Shown: positions 51,001 through 63,971, counted from the stretch's first letter. The stretch is 64,000 nucleotides of DNA from Sphagnum compactum (GCA_965153455.1 OZ234493.1:24046213-24110212), one strand, 5' to 3'. Translations and numbers: made by a program. Notes: a model not told the origin generated them from the letters alone.

Positions 51001-52149
51001 TAATTTTTAAAAAAACTTTGGTGGTCATTTTTGAAAGTTTATCCTTAGTTTTGAAGAATGATCCTCATTTTGATGGACTTTATGGATAACTCAAAAGGGG
51101 GAATCAATTAATATAGTGAGGACTGAAATCAAGCCCAAAGCAAATATTATAATTTTAATGTGTAATTGATATTTATAAACAAGGTTATAGCTCAATGCAT
51201 ATGCACTTTTATAAAAATGTACTTGATTTTCCCACTTCAACATTTGTTTTTATGGCTAAAAATTGTCAAAAGGCTACCTAGGATTAGACCTTGCTACTTG
51301 GAATTTTTTTAATTTTGTAAATTTTTTTTAAAAAATTATGATTTCAATCAACAACATAGTGGCACCACCCCTCATGTCACCATCACCATTCCAACTCTCC
51401 TCATCTAGGAGTTTTTATGATCCTTACTTTTCTCACATCAAATTATTTCACTAGTAACAACTTCATTTCATTTTGTAGTCATTTGTGTAGGGGTTTAAGA
51501 GCTTTGTAGCCTTGTCATTCTGGACATTGGTATGTACTTGTATAATTGTAAAAGTTTGTAATGTGTTGAGGTGTTTATTGCTTGTGTCTTGCGATTTGGA
51601 AATTGGAAATTGGAACTATATTTGAACCTTTGAAAATCAAGATTGAAGTTGAACCTTGAGCCCATGGGTGGTACCATGGCGCTTTGATGGTGAATAAATC
51701 CTTGTAGAAAAATTTCGGGGCTACATTAATTTCAAGAACTTATGCTAGAGGTGATCATCCATGGTCTACGGTTAAATTAGAAGACAACAATGTGCAGATT
51801 GACAACCAAAATTCAAAATAAGGAGGTTAAAAGTTTGTCTTTCTTTCCAAGGTATGCACACTACATTCTTGTTGTCTTTATATTTCCTTGTGTACATGCA
51901 TTATGCATCATGCATGTCTAAGTTCTTGCTATTAGGTTTTTGTTTTTGGGTTTGGGAAGAAACTACATAATGCATAATATGATGTTTTCTCTTTCACTTA
52001 TGAAAATCTTTTAAGTTTAAGTTGATCTTCCATGTTACTGATATCAAAAGTAAATTGCGATCAATCCTAAATGGGATGCTTCCCAAACTATTGATGTTGA
52101 TCTAGTAAAAAATTCTATAAATCCAACCCTAGTTGTGAGAAGAAAACAT

Positions 52150-52390
52150 GATCATGAAAAATTGAAGCATTTCCAAAATAAATGGTTTGTACATTAGTTT
52201 TTGGGCAAATCTATAGTAAACATCAAAGGTGATGAGCACCAAATATGTGGTGTGATTTGTTTTAAAATAGAAAGCAAGGAAAAGCTTATAATTCTTTAGT
52301 TTGATAATTTGTTAAAGCACAAAACCAAGGTTGTTAATGTCGGTGTTGAAGTAGGTATTATCTACTTCAACCTAAAATGCCAACATCCAT
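52150..52390 (+). mobile_element. Decayed N-terminal zinc-finger region of a hAT-type transposase
   Basis: Translates FQNKWFVH*FLGKSIVNIKGDEHQICGVICFKIESKEKLIIL*FDNLLKH, resembling the FQ..W...PW......C..C......L..H BED-like finger of plant hAT elements. Contains stops. Confidence 0.5.
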
Positions 52391-54739
52391 GTAATGAATG
52401 AATATACACAACCTTTAAGTGTCCTTTCAATTTTGGATTTAGTTATTGTTGATTTACTTTTGCATGTGCTATTTTTCCATTGTTTTTTGTGTCTTTCCCA
52501 CAATCTCTTTGTTGTATATGAATTAATGCGATTCATGTTGATTTTTATTACAATAGTTCTAGCTTGGATAGTTTCTAATGTTCGCAAGGATAATATCATT
52601 TGTTTTGGGTTGGTTACAAAACAAATGTTGTAAAAATTGAAACAACACATTGCTTAAATAGTTGCACCCAAGAAACAACACCGAAACCAAAATTGATTGT
52701 TGAAATAAACAAACTTATGGAACCTTAGCATTGGAGTGATCAAATAGATTATTTCACCCATGTGCTTGAAATTGCTAAAAAAACAATGATGAAGAGTTTG
52801 TTTGAAAAGAATTTTATGAAGATGATGAAGAGGAACTAAGTGAAAACTTTTACACCCCAGCCCCCCAAGATGAAAGCACTAGAGACCTTGAACTTAGTTC
52901 ACTGAAATGTTAAAAAATGGTTGGCAAGTCTCCATCTAAAAATTTAGCACCACAACTAAAGATTTAAAACATTAAGCCATCCTAAACCTTGAATTATGTG
53001 TTTTTTCAAACCTTTTGTGAATCCATTAGTTTTGAACATGTTTTCTTTATAAAATGTTAAATGATGTTTTTGAAAGAAGACTTATGTAAGTTTTGAAATT
53101 GTGGTGTATTTGGTAGAAGGTGGTTGAGATATGTGTTGCATGTAAGTACACATTTGAACTAAACGAGTCACAAACCTAAAATGAATAATAAACATATAAA
53201 ATCTAAGTCTTTGAAGTTTGTTATGTATTTGTTTGAAGTTGGTGTAAGACCTTTTAACATCTCAACACCATTTTAAAAACTTTTCTACATTTCCATATGC
53301 CAACCATAAGACTTCCTATAAGGTTGTCTTGAATTTGTACAGTGCTTGTGAAAAAGTTGTGATGCATACATAGGTACACATTAATGTCAAAATTAAGTTG
53401 ATTTTTCTATTTAACTCTTTTGATGGACTTTCTTGTTTTTCCTTTTTAGATTATTCCATCATATTTTTGCACTTATCACTTTGTGACTCTATTTTCACAT
53501 CTACACTAGTCTTTTCTACTATTGTTGCTTTCAACCTTCTTGCACTATGTAGTAAAATCTCTAAGAAATTATAAAACTCCTCTAGCATAGATTTTGGTAA
53601 GGTGAACATGCTTCTTCCCAGTTGAGAGAAATGAATGATTCAAGCAAGACTTGTGTGAATCTATTTGGCTTGTTGAGATTAATGTTAAGATCTTTTTGGT
53701 GTTTTTTAGGTTCATCATAAATTTTGCATCGCAAAATCCCAAATATATACTGTGTTTGATTATTTGTTTGAATTCTTAGAAATAACATAAATGTTCCTTG
53801 CACTTCATAGACTAATTTTGCAAGTTAGTTAAGGTGTAAAACCTTTATTGTAATGTTGTACCCTTTTGAGCATAATAGATCACCTTCCATCCCTAAACAA
53901 TGTAGATGACATTATGAATTAGAAAATTTATAATATATCGTATTTCACACCCTTAACCAAACACCTAAAGCCCACATACATACGTTTTCATATTTATGTC
54001 ATTATGTGTGCATTGTATTAAAACAACTAAAAGCCCATTACCAAATAACAATGTCATATAATGAGTTACAGAATTTGCAAATCCGTCCTATATGACACCC
54101 TTCACCAAACACTTAAAATACTACCATGTCTTGAGATTTTCTTAAATTTGTTAGCATTTGTGTGTGATGGCTTCTAACAAGTCTAACCCTAACATCAATT
54201 TTTTTTAATATTCAAGAACATTTTATTTGAATGAATAATACATCTCACATCCATGATCGAACACAAAAAGAAAAAATCCCTTTTTCTGGGTTAAAAAATG
54301 ATAAGATTTGTCCAAGAATAACTCTGAGCGCCAATGTTATGATCCATGGATGATTTAACAAATTTCGGCTATGAAAAATGAGAGTACAAATTTTGCAATC
54401 AATTTTAATCATCCTTCTCTATTATTGTTGGCTATCTACCAGAACGGTAAAACCTGATTAGAATCTGGCGATTTTTTTAAAAAAAAATCAGACTTTGCCA
54501 AACAGAAACGCCAAAAACAAACTTTCTGTTGTTTGAAAAGAAAATTGGCCAAGGAAAGAAAACCCATTCATACATGGTGTAATAAGTGACAAACGCATTG
54601 TCCTACAACACACAAACCGTGTGCAGTTCTCACGTGGGAAGCCCGGTGCTAGTACATGTAAAGCCTGCAGTTGCTCCGTAGTGTGCAAGGGCGGTAAAAT
54701 GATCGCCTGACGAATTTGTTTGAACGCACACAAGGAAGG

Positions 54740-55030
54740 CAGTGTTTTTTTTGGGAATTCTTTTATGTAGCCTACCTAAGTGCCGATCCTCCATAGGAAA
54801 GTGTAGAAAAATGACAATTGTCTGAAGGAAGATTTAGCCAAATCTGGCTACAAACGAGATACGAAGTGCAAATTTTTCAATCAACCTTTTACGTTTATGG
54901 CTACAAACTCAAAAGAAAATATTAAAATATGGCAATTTTTTTTTACTAGTTTTTTTAATCACTTTCTGGCTATTGAAACCCTCCAAAATCACTTCTTTCT
55001 TAATTTGTTTTCCACTTCCGGCCAAATTTC
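54740..55030 (+). repeat. Full-length copy of the dispersed palindrome-bearing repeat
   Basis: Starts CAGTGTTTTT, contains TAGCCAAATCTGGCTA (54835-54850) and ccctccaaaatcacttc. Colinear with the reverse complement of 29160-29485. Confidence 0.8.
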
Positions 55031-55106
55031 TATGGAGGTGAAGCCTTTGCCACAAGTTTGACAAGAATAAGAGCCAACACAAGGCAGAGCTGAGTGCAAG
55101 CCCGGC

Positions 55107-55600
55107 CACAGTGAACCAGCACCCACCAGTGCACCATGAAGGATGAATGATAAGTGGTCAGAAAACAGTTTTCTGTTGGGTTCCAGTTCGCTAGCTAACC
55201 ATGATGGTTAGCTCAGTTGCTCTTCTTTTCTACTGCCCACAGTGAACCAGCACCCACCAGCGCCCTCTGAAGGATGGATGCTAAGTGGTCAGGAAACAGT
55301 TTTCTGTTGGGTTCCAGTTCCCTAGCTAACCATAGTGGTTAGCACAGTTGCTGTTTATTATTATTTACCTATCTCAGTTGTTAGTAGGTAGGTAGTAAAA
55401 ACAGTCCTTACCTATGTATAAACCATCTACTTACATAGTAGTTACCTATTTTCCTACCTATTTATCTATATATGATACCTATTTCTTACATCATTGGTTA
55501 CCAACGTGAAACCAAATATTAGCTCAGCCGAGGTTCATCCACAACTGAGTAATAATGGGCATCCAGTGGATGATGCGCTGGTGGGTGCCAGTTCACTATG
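55107..55600. mobile_element. MITE-like element with a tandemly duplicated left end
   Basis: CACAGTGAACCAGCACCCACCAG(T/C)GC at 55107 and 55238 (131-bp direct repeat). Inverted partner GCGCTGGTGGGTGCCAGTTCACTATG at 55575-55600. No TSD identified. Confidence 0.75.
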
Positions 55601-56895
55601 ACCTGTGGCGGCATCATGTCTGTGAGAAGCCTGCGAAGTGAACTTTACGATTTCGTAAAGCCCACAAGGTGGATATGCCCATCATCGAACATTAACTTAT
55701 CATCAAACACTTTGGCAGATCTTTCTCAATTCTTCTCCATTTTGAATGATTTAAAATGTTATAGGAGCACCTTCTCAAGCTCTACGAATCATCTTTGAAA
55801 TGCAAAGCCAAAGGAGCAGCAGCCAAAAAAGAGCGAAAAAGAAAATAAGTCTTTTTCAAATTGTAAAAAGCATTTTTTTTCATTTTGACCCCTCTTACTT
55901 CATCAGTGCATAACTCTCTCATTTTATTTTTTGGTTCAATTGAGCAAATTAAACTGCTCCAAAATCGTCATCTTAAGCTCTACAAATCATCTTGTAACTC
56001 TAAAGATAACAAAACAATATATAAGGATTTTTTGAGGGGTTCAAAAATAGGCTATGAGTTGCTCAATTGAGAATGTTTTGTAAAAACGACCCCCCTTACT
56101 TCAAGGGGCCCTAACTTTCTCACCTCTAGTTCATTTTTGTCGATTTTTAGTGCGACAGACGCACCAAGAGGAGCCCTCCATCTATGTTTGCAAAAATGGC
56201 AAGCAAACCCTACCTTAAGTGTTCAGACACCGGCCTGCCTATGCCAGAGAGGTCGGCAAGCTTTACAAAGATTGTAACGGCCACATAGGAAACTGACAAA
56301 AAATTTCATTGTGTAATATGGCATCCCAATACACTTATGCAAACAGCTAGGGCTTTACACCAATGAAAAAAATGCCGATGTCATAAGGGGGGTTGCTCAG
56401 AATCAACGTCAGTCAGTCTCCCTGATTGGCTTTGCTTGTAAGGAAGACACTAGGAAACGAAGTAGGTTTCATTTTGGTCCCACTAGGGTTTGGGAGCTGG
56501 GTAGAATTTTTTTTGGGGTCTATCAGCTATGAATTGTTTTGTATAATTGTTGTTGTTTAATTCAGCTTGTTCGTATGAAGCTGGGATGAAGGCCTCATTA
56601 AAACAAGCTACTCATCGCATAATGGCTCTTCCCTTCAAATGACATCCACAAGGGTGATAAATATTCTAGGGACTTTGGGCCCGTTTCTGGGTGCATCACA
56701 ACGTGCCCACTCTCTACCCTAAAGGGCCGAGCTACCAGACACGACAATGTGACCAGTACTGACCAGTACTCTAGTAGTATATGTTCTTTACGGCATCATC
56801 GGCTCCTCTTTAGATTTGAACAATGTTGTCATGTGTCCAAGAATGGAGAGAAGTGGAACAAGATATGGCGTGAGGACCAACGACGCTGAGATTTA

Positions 56896-56940
56896 GAGCA
56901 ACTCCACCGGTGCTCAGTATGTGACCCTACAAAAATATTT
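56896..56940 (+). mobile_element. Truncated Tourist MITE end ~140 bp upstream of the CASP-like start codon
   Basis: TTA followed by GAGCAACTCCACCGGTGCTCAGTATGTG, nearly identical to the left TIR of the intronic MITE at 58105. Confidence 0.7.
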
Positions 56941-57033
56941 CTCAGAAAAGCAGCAATTGAGGAAGAGGCTGGCCGGGAGAGCTCACGATCGTAGTAGCTG
57001 TAGGAGGAAGCACACACACTTTTTCTTTGAAAA

Positions 57034-58575
57034 ATGGCGGAAACCACCGGGGCATGGAGCACGGGGGAGTATTCCGAGTCGCAGCAGCCGTACCCGATCC
57101 CGGCCCCGCCGGCTCCGGTGTCCACCAGTCTACCTTCGTCGACAGTGACAATCACCAAAAGGGGGAGACTTGCAGCCGCAGTCACCATCGCGCTGAGGGC
57201 TCCGACTGTACTCTTTGCTCTCATCGCGTTTAGTGTCATGGCGTCGGTTACGTTCCGGGACAACCTTCCAGGCTACCAGTGAGTATAGGTTCTTCTACAC
57301 TCACAATAATAATACTCCTCGATCTGCAGATCACCCAAGCTCGCATCTGTCTATTTGAATGTTCTGTATGAAACCTCTAGTAAGCTTCTGTGTTTCCCGC
57401 CCGTAAGGTCGGCATCAATGGCGATCGGTGCAGGCTCTCTCCATATAAGAGTGAGCAATATTGCAAAGTAACAGCTTCGCATCTCATTTAGTCCGAGAGC
57501 TGATCTATGGGTAAAGTAGCTGGTCTTGATGGACTACTTAGTCATCCCCAATAAGTGCTATATTTCTGGCCCTAATAATTCGGAGTTTTGATCATAGGTC
57601 CAAATGCAGGAACTTCGCTGATGATTTAGTTCAGTGTACTGATCTCCCAGCTACTGTGTTCTCCTGCACTGACCATTAGTAACTGAACTGTCATTGCCAA
57701 CTCGTGCTGAGTTCAGGTTTGTGGTGACCATGAATGTGATCGTGTTCGTCTACGCACTTATTCAACTCATCCATACAGTCGTGGTCCTGGCTCTTGGAAA
57801 TACTTATTCACAACCGTTGTTAGCTCTGGCAATCGGCAGCTTCACTCTTGATGCGGTGAGATCAGTCTGTTATCCTCCCACTAGTATCAGGTGATGATCA
57901 AAATTGCAAAAAGAATATTTCAGAAGCTGTTATAAGAAACACATTGCACTATACACAGTTTGGAATGCTGAAATCTAGAAAGAGATATATCAGAGGTTGC
58001 AGCCACCTAGCTCAGGGGAGAGTTAGAGAACAGTATGATGAACCAGCTATTGGCCCAGCTACCCTGGCAAGCTTACCACTATAGATTGTGGGTGGGGGTT
58101 ATAAGAGCAGCTCCACCGGTGCTCAGTATGTGGCACAGCAAAAGCATTTTTCCACGTAATGCTGAGGCTGGTAAAAGGCACACAGAGCCTAACAGTACCT
58201 ACTGTTGATTGGCTAGATAGTTTGATTGGTCAAGGTGGACCTGTTTGCAGTCCCAGTTTTAGTTTTATGGGTGGAGTGGAAAAGAGTAATAACTAAACTT
58301 GGATGCAAGAAATGTTTTTGCAGGATCATACTGAGCACTGGTGGAGATGATCTGACAATGTGGGTATCTGGTGTACACTGCAGGTGTTCGCCTTCTTGTT
58401 GATTGCAGCAAGTGCAGCTGGAACTGCAAGTGCAGTGACAGAATTTTGGGACTCACAAGCTGCAGCAGCTGTAGCAATGTCCTACGTTGTGTTTGTGTTT
58501 GTAACCCTATCCGCTATCCTGTCTGCACACCGTCTCTTCCACTTATTCAAAGGCTCCAACTCTTCTTCAATCTAG
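57034..58575 (+). CDS. CASP-like (DUF588/MARVEL-related) four-transmembrane protein, ~191 aa
   Basis: Exons 57034-57278, 57717-57855 and 58384-58575, GT-AG and in phase. TM1 IALRAPTVLFALIAFSVMAS has the conserved Arg. TM2 YQFVVTMNVIVFVYALIQL. TM3 FTLDAVFAFLLIAASAAG has the conserved Asp. TM4 AAVAMSYVVFVFVTLSAILSAHRL. Confidence 0.9.
58105..58352. mobile_element. Tourist-type (PIF/Harbinger) MITE in intron 2 of the CASP-like gene, 248 bp
   Basis: TIRs GAGCAGCTCCACCGGTGCTCAGTATG / CATACTGAGCACTGGTGGAGATGATC (GAGCATCTCCA-type Tourist end). Flanks TAA and TGA form a TSD with one mismatch. Confidence 0.8.
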
Positions 58576-60888
58576 GGTAAGTGCACCCCTGTACTACAGC
58601 TGGGTATATGATCCACCATAATGAACAAAGTCAGAAATTTCTGCTCTTGAGAGGTGATGGATGTCTATGCTTCCTCAAAAGCATAAAATCATACAGAATG
58701 ACTCGCTAGCCACCAGTGACTGTCAAGTTTGCACCAGCAGTTGACATCATCATCATGTCAACAGATTGAACTTCATATTATAGTCATTCATAGTTGTAAT
58801 TCAGTAATATATGAGAGTTTCCAGCTGTCATGTACCACATCTAGTTCATATTCATCATCTTTTGCAACCCAGCAGACTGTCAGGAATGCAAACGAAGGTG
58901 GTGGTGGAATAGGATTGGGATGGGGGCATTCTCAAATTTGTCTGGGTCCAATGCTCTAGTAGACCTTACAATTACATCTATCAATACAAATTGAGGAGGA
59001 ACAATAAGGTTAGTAGAGCCTTTGGAAATTGAATTACAAGGATAAAAGTTCGTTAGAATTTTAAATTGGTCAGAAAACTGAACAGGAGTTGTGATGGGAG
59101 GTCACTCTAGAATTTTGGAAAGGATATTTTTTATGGAAATTCTTTGGATTTTTTCAGTGTAATTAGATTAAAATTTTAACTTCACCAGTGCCTGAAATTA
59201 TTGTTCTCACCAACTGTTTTGGTTTGTTCTGATGTTAATTTGGAATTTTGTGAATTTTTATATTTTTCTTTATTTTTCTATTATAAATTGAAAGTAATGT
59301 GGATAGTTTGGTAGCAATTTAAGAAATTGGGCTTCAATTGAGTGCTTTTGTTGAATCTTCCCTTAACCATTTATTTTCTCGAGCATTTAAAAGAAAAGAA
59401 AATGTTGTAGCTTATCTATCCAGTGGAATGCTACATCTCATCTTTCCTCTTCTAAGTCTAAATAGATTGTTGATATCACCACCACCAAGGAAACCTTATG
59501 GTTGGGGCAATTGTGCAATGATTTGGGCTTTCCCCAAGCTGACCCTAAGTCTACTCCTCGTCATTGTGATAATCACTCTTCATTGAAGTAACTCAAAAAT
59601 GCTTAAGTTCATGATAGATCCAAACACCTCTAGTATGTGTTCTTCATATCTGTTATGAATACAAAGCTCTTAGCGAGTTACTTGCTATGTGTATTACATT
59701 TCTTCTCTCATGAACATTATCCAATTCAGTTCCCTCTACAAAGTAATTCTTTCTGGGTTACAACCCCCATGTGATTGGGAATTGTGACCATGCCACAGGT
59801 TATAAAGTTGCAGCAGCATTTGCACCTTTGTTTCCTTCCCTTTTTTGTCTACTGGGAGTGGACTTGGGACATCAAAGAGATTTTAATGCATGTTTTGCCC
59901 CACTTGCACTTGTAAGAGTCAAATGAGTGACAATTCAATGAGTACAGTGCGGGTGAGCCATCTGTGCTTGATTGCTCGTATCCAACCATCTTTGAGCTGG
60001 TAGGTTGAATGTCCAATTCACAACATGCCACTACAAAACTATCAAGGCAGATAAGATACAAAGGGCTGTATATGGTTATTATAACCATACCCAACATGAT
60101 TAAGACCATTTCATTTGGGACTGGAAAAGTCACCAACGTTGGTATCATCAAAGATACTGATGCAGTACAGTGTGCATCTCCCAGCACAACAAAAAGCAAA
60201 GATGAACCAAATACTAGCTTCTGCTTACAAAGCTCCATTCCAAAATAAAAAAGCTGAAGGGACTGTTTTACAGTGGTGTGAGTCTGCCTCACCATCAGCC
60301 AACTACATGAACCTCACTTGTTGCATGAGTTGAATGAAGTCCTCTACGTTTTCCTCTAGAGACACATACCCACTATGGAGAAATTGCTGGTGCTTTGAGA
60401 ACCAGTCTGCTACTACCTCTTATTGCCTCAACTAATGGTAGCAGGGAGATCCACTAGACTACTGGTGCATTATCTAAGCAACCGTCTACTGGGAACCAAA
60501 ATCACAAAACACAAAGGCTATGAGTTGCCCTGGGTCCTTATGTACCTGGGTTCTTGTTCAAAATGATTTGGAGCAAAACACCATGGGTAGCAGTGGCTCC
60601 CACCCACAATGTCCAAGACTTAGAAAGAACTCATAATGCTACTGTAGCTTTGCAGGAAATAACTATGACCCAGAAACATCCTCGCAGACAGAGAAATGTA
60701 GTATCTCGCTACTCACCCCGAACCAGCATCTGGTAAAGACTGGCATTAATGTACAAAATGGGGTCAGGAGGTGCACTGGTTTGTTCTCAAGCTCATGCAT
60801 GACCTCCCATGGAACAGTTAACTTGTAAGTCCAAAGTAAAACAAGCAGACGAAAACTGAGGGAAATTTTCTCTTGGAGGCAGCTGCAA

Positions 60889-63603
60889 TCAGGTCACATC
60901 CTCCACTTCAGAATGAAAAACAAAGCTGGGGAATGTAGTTGTTATATCCCTGCAAGGAAAAGCAAAAAAACAATCAAGAATGACATGATGAGTCCTACAG
61001 GGTATATGTAGGAATAGATACATATATCTATTGAGACAGACACAGTTCACACAAGGGTCAGAACCATAGAGATGGAAGAAACCAATTACTTGAGGTAAGG
61101 AAGAGTCATGTTCTTCATGAGTGATGGGTTACGAATCACAAGGCTGTGCCACTCTTCCTTATCAATCCTCCCATCATGCTTTGTGTCAGCATCCTCAAAA
61201 GTCTGCTTCCCAAGGCAAATCCACAAGGCCAAGATTGCTGTAAATCATTTGCTGTTGTTTTGAGAATGAAGATGCCAAGTCAATGGAAAATATGTTGCAT
61301 TGAATCAAATTCATTATGACTGTTAATTCTGTATAGAAAACAACTTGACACTGTACACCAACAATATAGCTTCCAGAGGACACCAAATGCACAAAGGATG
61401 GTTTGACTGTCTAATACAATACAAACTATTTACCCTCGGCTTCTTAAATGCTTTGGTTAGGGTGTTGAACATTTGGAAAGATGAGGATTGATTGTCTCAA
61501 CCATATCACCTAGCTTCTCAGTTCAGAACAACGAAATACACTTAAGAGAGTAGTGAGGACCTGAATATTCAGATGTTCTGGATCTACTGTACTGTACATA
61601 TAGACCACACTAATCAGATTCGAATATACTTTGTACTGTAGGAAAGAAATGCACCTTGTCCAGGATGCTTTCAATCACATCATCTGACAAATTCATGTCT
61701 GACTCTGACAACAGTGCTATCACCATCTGCTTCACCTGTCACCCCACCAACTCTGTACTCAGGTTCTTTTGTCTCACTACACAAGATTCAATCAAATTCA
61801 ATGGTGGCTCCAGACTCTCTTTCTTCATCATCATCACCATCACCATCATGCACATACAAAATTACCAGATTTTGGACAAGTGTCTCTTTGATGCCTACCT
61901 AAAATACCCATCACTCCATCCCTATAACATGTTAGTAGATTTTCACACATGAATGTATCATTTGGGTGGCTTCTGCTTCCTGTTATGAAACCCTGGACAA
62001 CATCCTAATATAAAGTTGCAATTGTGCAGAGAGAGAAAAACAATATAGCATAGCCCACAACACCTCAGACACAAGGAAGAGGATGAATTTTAAGTACTTC
62101 TTCCCGCTCAATATACCCTGTCTTACGCAAGTCATACAATTGGAATGCAACTGCATCAACCACAAAACACAGGAGTCAACATACACTATTCTCAAGTCTA
62201 AATGAATTTGCCATCAAGAATCTCTGCAACATGTTATGTAGTACATGTTCTCACAAGCAATGATTATGAGCACCCTGCTTTACAAGTTTATTCACAAGTC
62301 TAAACCCATATCACATATAATGAATACTTGCAGCAGCTGACTTTGGGATCATGCCATTGCACTTCACCACTCTCTGGAAAGTAACATCTTTGTCCAGTTC
62401 CACATAGATATTAATCTTAAATTGTAAAGAGGAGTTGACTTCACATCCAAGTATATGTATATCATCTAACTGTAGAATGATCCCAAACGCAGAGAGAGAG
62501 AAAAGACAAAAGCTGACAATTGATTTTGTCATCCAGAGGTGCATCAGGATGGAAGACACTGAGAGAGCGAACAAATTCTCCAAATTCAATAACGCCATTT
62601 TGCTTAACATCAAACAGATCAAACACCTGCAGAAGTAAAAGGACAGCCCATCTCAAAGCAAAAACAAACAAACAAACAAACAAATGACCAGAGAAGCAAA
62701 TGTCCACCACCAAACCACACACTTCTTCTAAATGTTGATCCCCATTTAGTGAGACACTGACAGAGTGGTTCTCCATCAGTTATGTGTTATGAGGTGCCTT
62801 CAATTGTGCTGTGATGAATCATACAATAAACATGACAGTGGTGTTTCTCAGACACAATTTAAACCATCATAAATAAAATGACTTAGCTTACCCGGTCTGC
62901 AAAAAGGTTCTCTCTTTTGCTTTTGAACAGCGCCAACTGAAATTCTTCCTGCAGACAACACAACAGAGAGACCAATCTAAGAGTGCTGATGAAAGTCTCA
63001 CAATGGAAAAAGAAAACCACAAGGGACTTGTCCCAGAAACTGCTCTATTCTCAGAATATGTATTTAACTAAAGGTCTTCACAACAGCCTACACAAAAAAG
63101 TGCAAATCCTAAACACCCAAAATCTGCCAATGCAATCCAGGAGACGGTCTATGCTTAGAGGTACAAACTAAGTGTATTTGATGCTAACTACCAGTGTTAG
63201 TTATATCTTTGCAATGCACCTGTGCCAATTTGAAGAAACAAATCCAAGAACTCTGGTCTTTCCTGAAGATTTGCTGGTTCCAAAACCTTCCAACTAAACA
63301 TGATCAACTACTTTTGTTCACACAGCCTATGGTGTAGTTACAATAAAAAAAACCCTAGGTTCAAAAGTTCTGAAACTGAACCTTCTTGATTCAATCAACC
63401 AGAGTCACAAATCTCAATGTCCCAAGTGCAGCCTTGTTCAGGAGACCATCTGGGTGGAGATGTGGGAAGAGAGGGAAAAGAGAATATATATAGTAGACAG
63501 GTAAAGTGGGCACACAGAACCTTGTGGATGAGACCATCATTAAAGATGGAACTACTGATCTTCTTGAACAGCTCATACAGGGCCTCAACCTCGCTCACAC
63601 TGA
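60889..63603 (-). CDS. CBL: Calcineurin B-like (CBL) EF-hand calcium sensor, 5'-partial
   Basis: Exons (- strand): 63603-63521 (83 nt), 62948-62892 (57), 62626-62518 (109), 62150-62098 (53), 61735-61655 (81), 61202-61090 (113), 60949-60889 (61). All GT-AG and in phase. Motifs [66 protein letters not shown] and C-terminal [16 protein letters not shown]. The first coding exon was not found and probably lies beyond 64000. Confidence 0.95.
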
Positions 63604-63967
63604 CTGCCCCATCACCCCACCTCAAGCCAGTTAGAGAAACATTTGCCTACATCCATATATATATAGATAGATAGGTATATACCCTTCCAGATAGCAAGAA
63701 GCCTACTCCTCAAACACTTACCTCACCACAAAATGTGTCCATGACACAGTGTGCTACATGCTTTGGAACTTGATACTGTGCTTCTGACCATAGAAAAAAT
63801 CCCCTTTATCCTTGAGTACACCTTCAACAGCTTTAACCTAAACTCTCCTGGTTTTATGCATAACAAGCTAGACACAGGTGTTCAGTACTTGACAATATCT
63901 AAATGCCATGTTTCAGAAGGCAGGCTCCTAAACATGCTGAGTGAGTGACATGGTGAAGCTCTCTTCC

Positions 63968-63971
<4 letters not shown>

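Noticed and set aside
56751..56770. Tandem GACCAGTACT x2 as a copper-response element for CASPL
   Set aside because: Only two cores from one 10-bp duplication, which is not distinguishable from chance.
56829..57263. 144-aa minus-strand ORF
   Set aside because: Antisense to the GC-rich first exon of the CASP-like gene.
59849..60295. 148-aa ORF between CASPL and CBL
   Set aside because: No recognisable domain or splice support. Likely 3' UTR or intergenic sequence.
6908..63603. PLIP, NARA5, MIR408, CASPL and CBL as one functional gene cluster
   Set aside because: No shared pathway is established, and the genes are separated by 13-15 kb TE-filled spacers typical of ordinary gene order.
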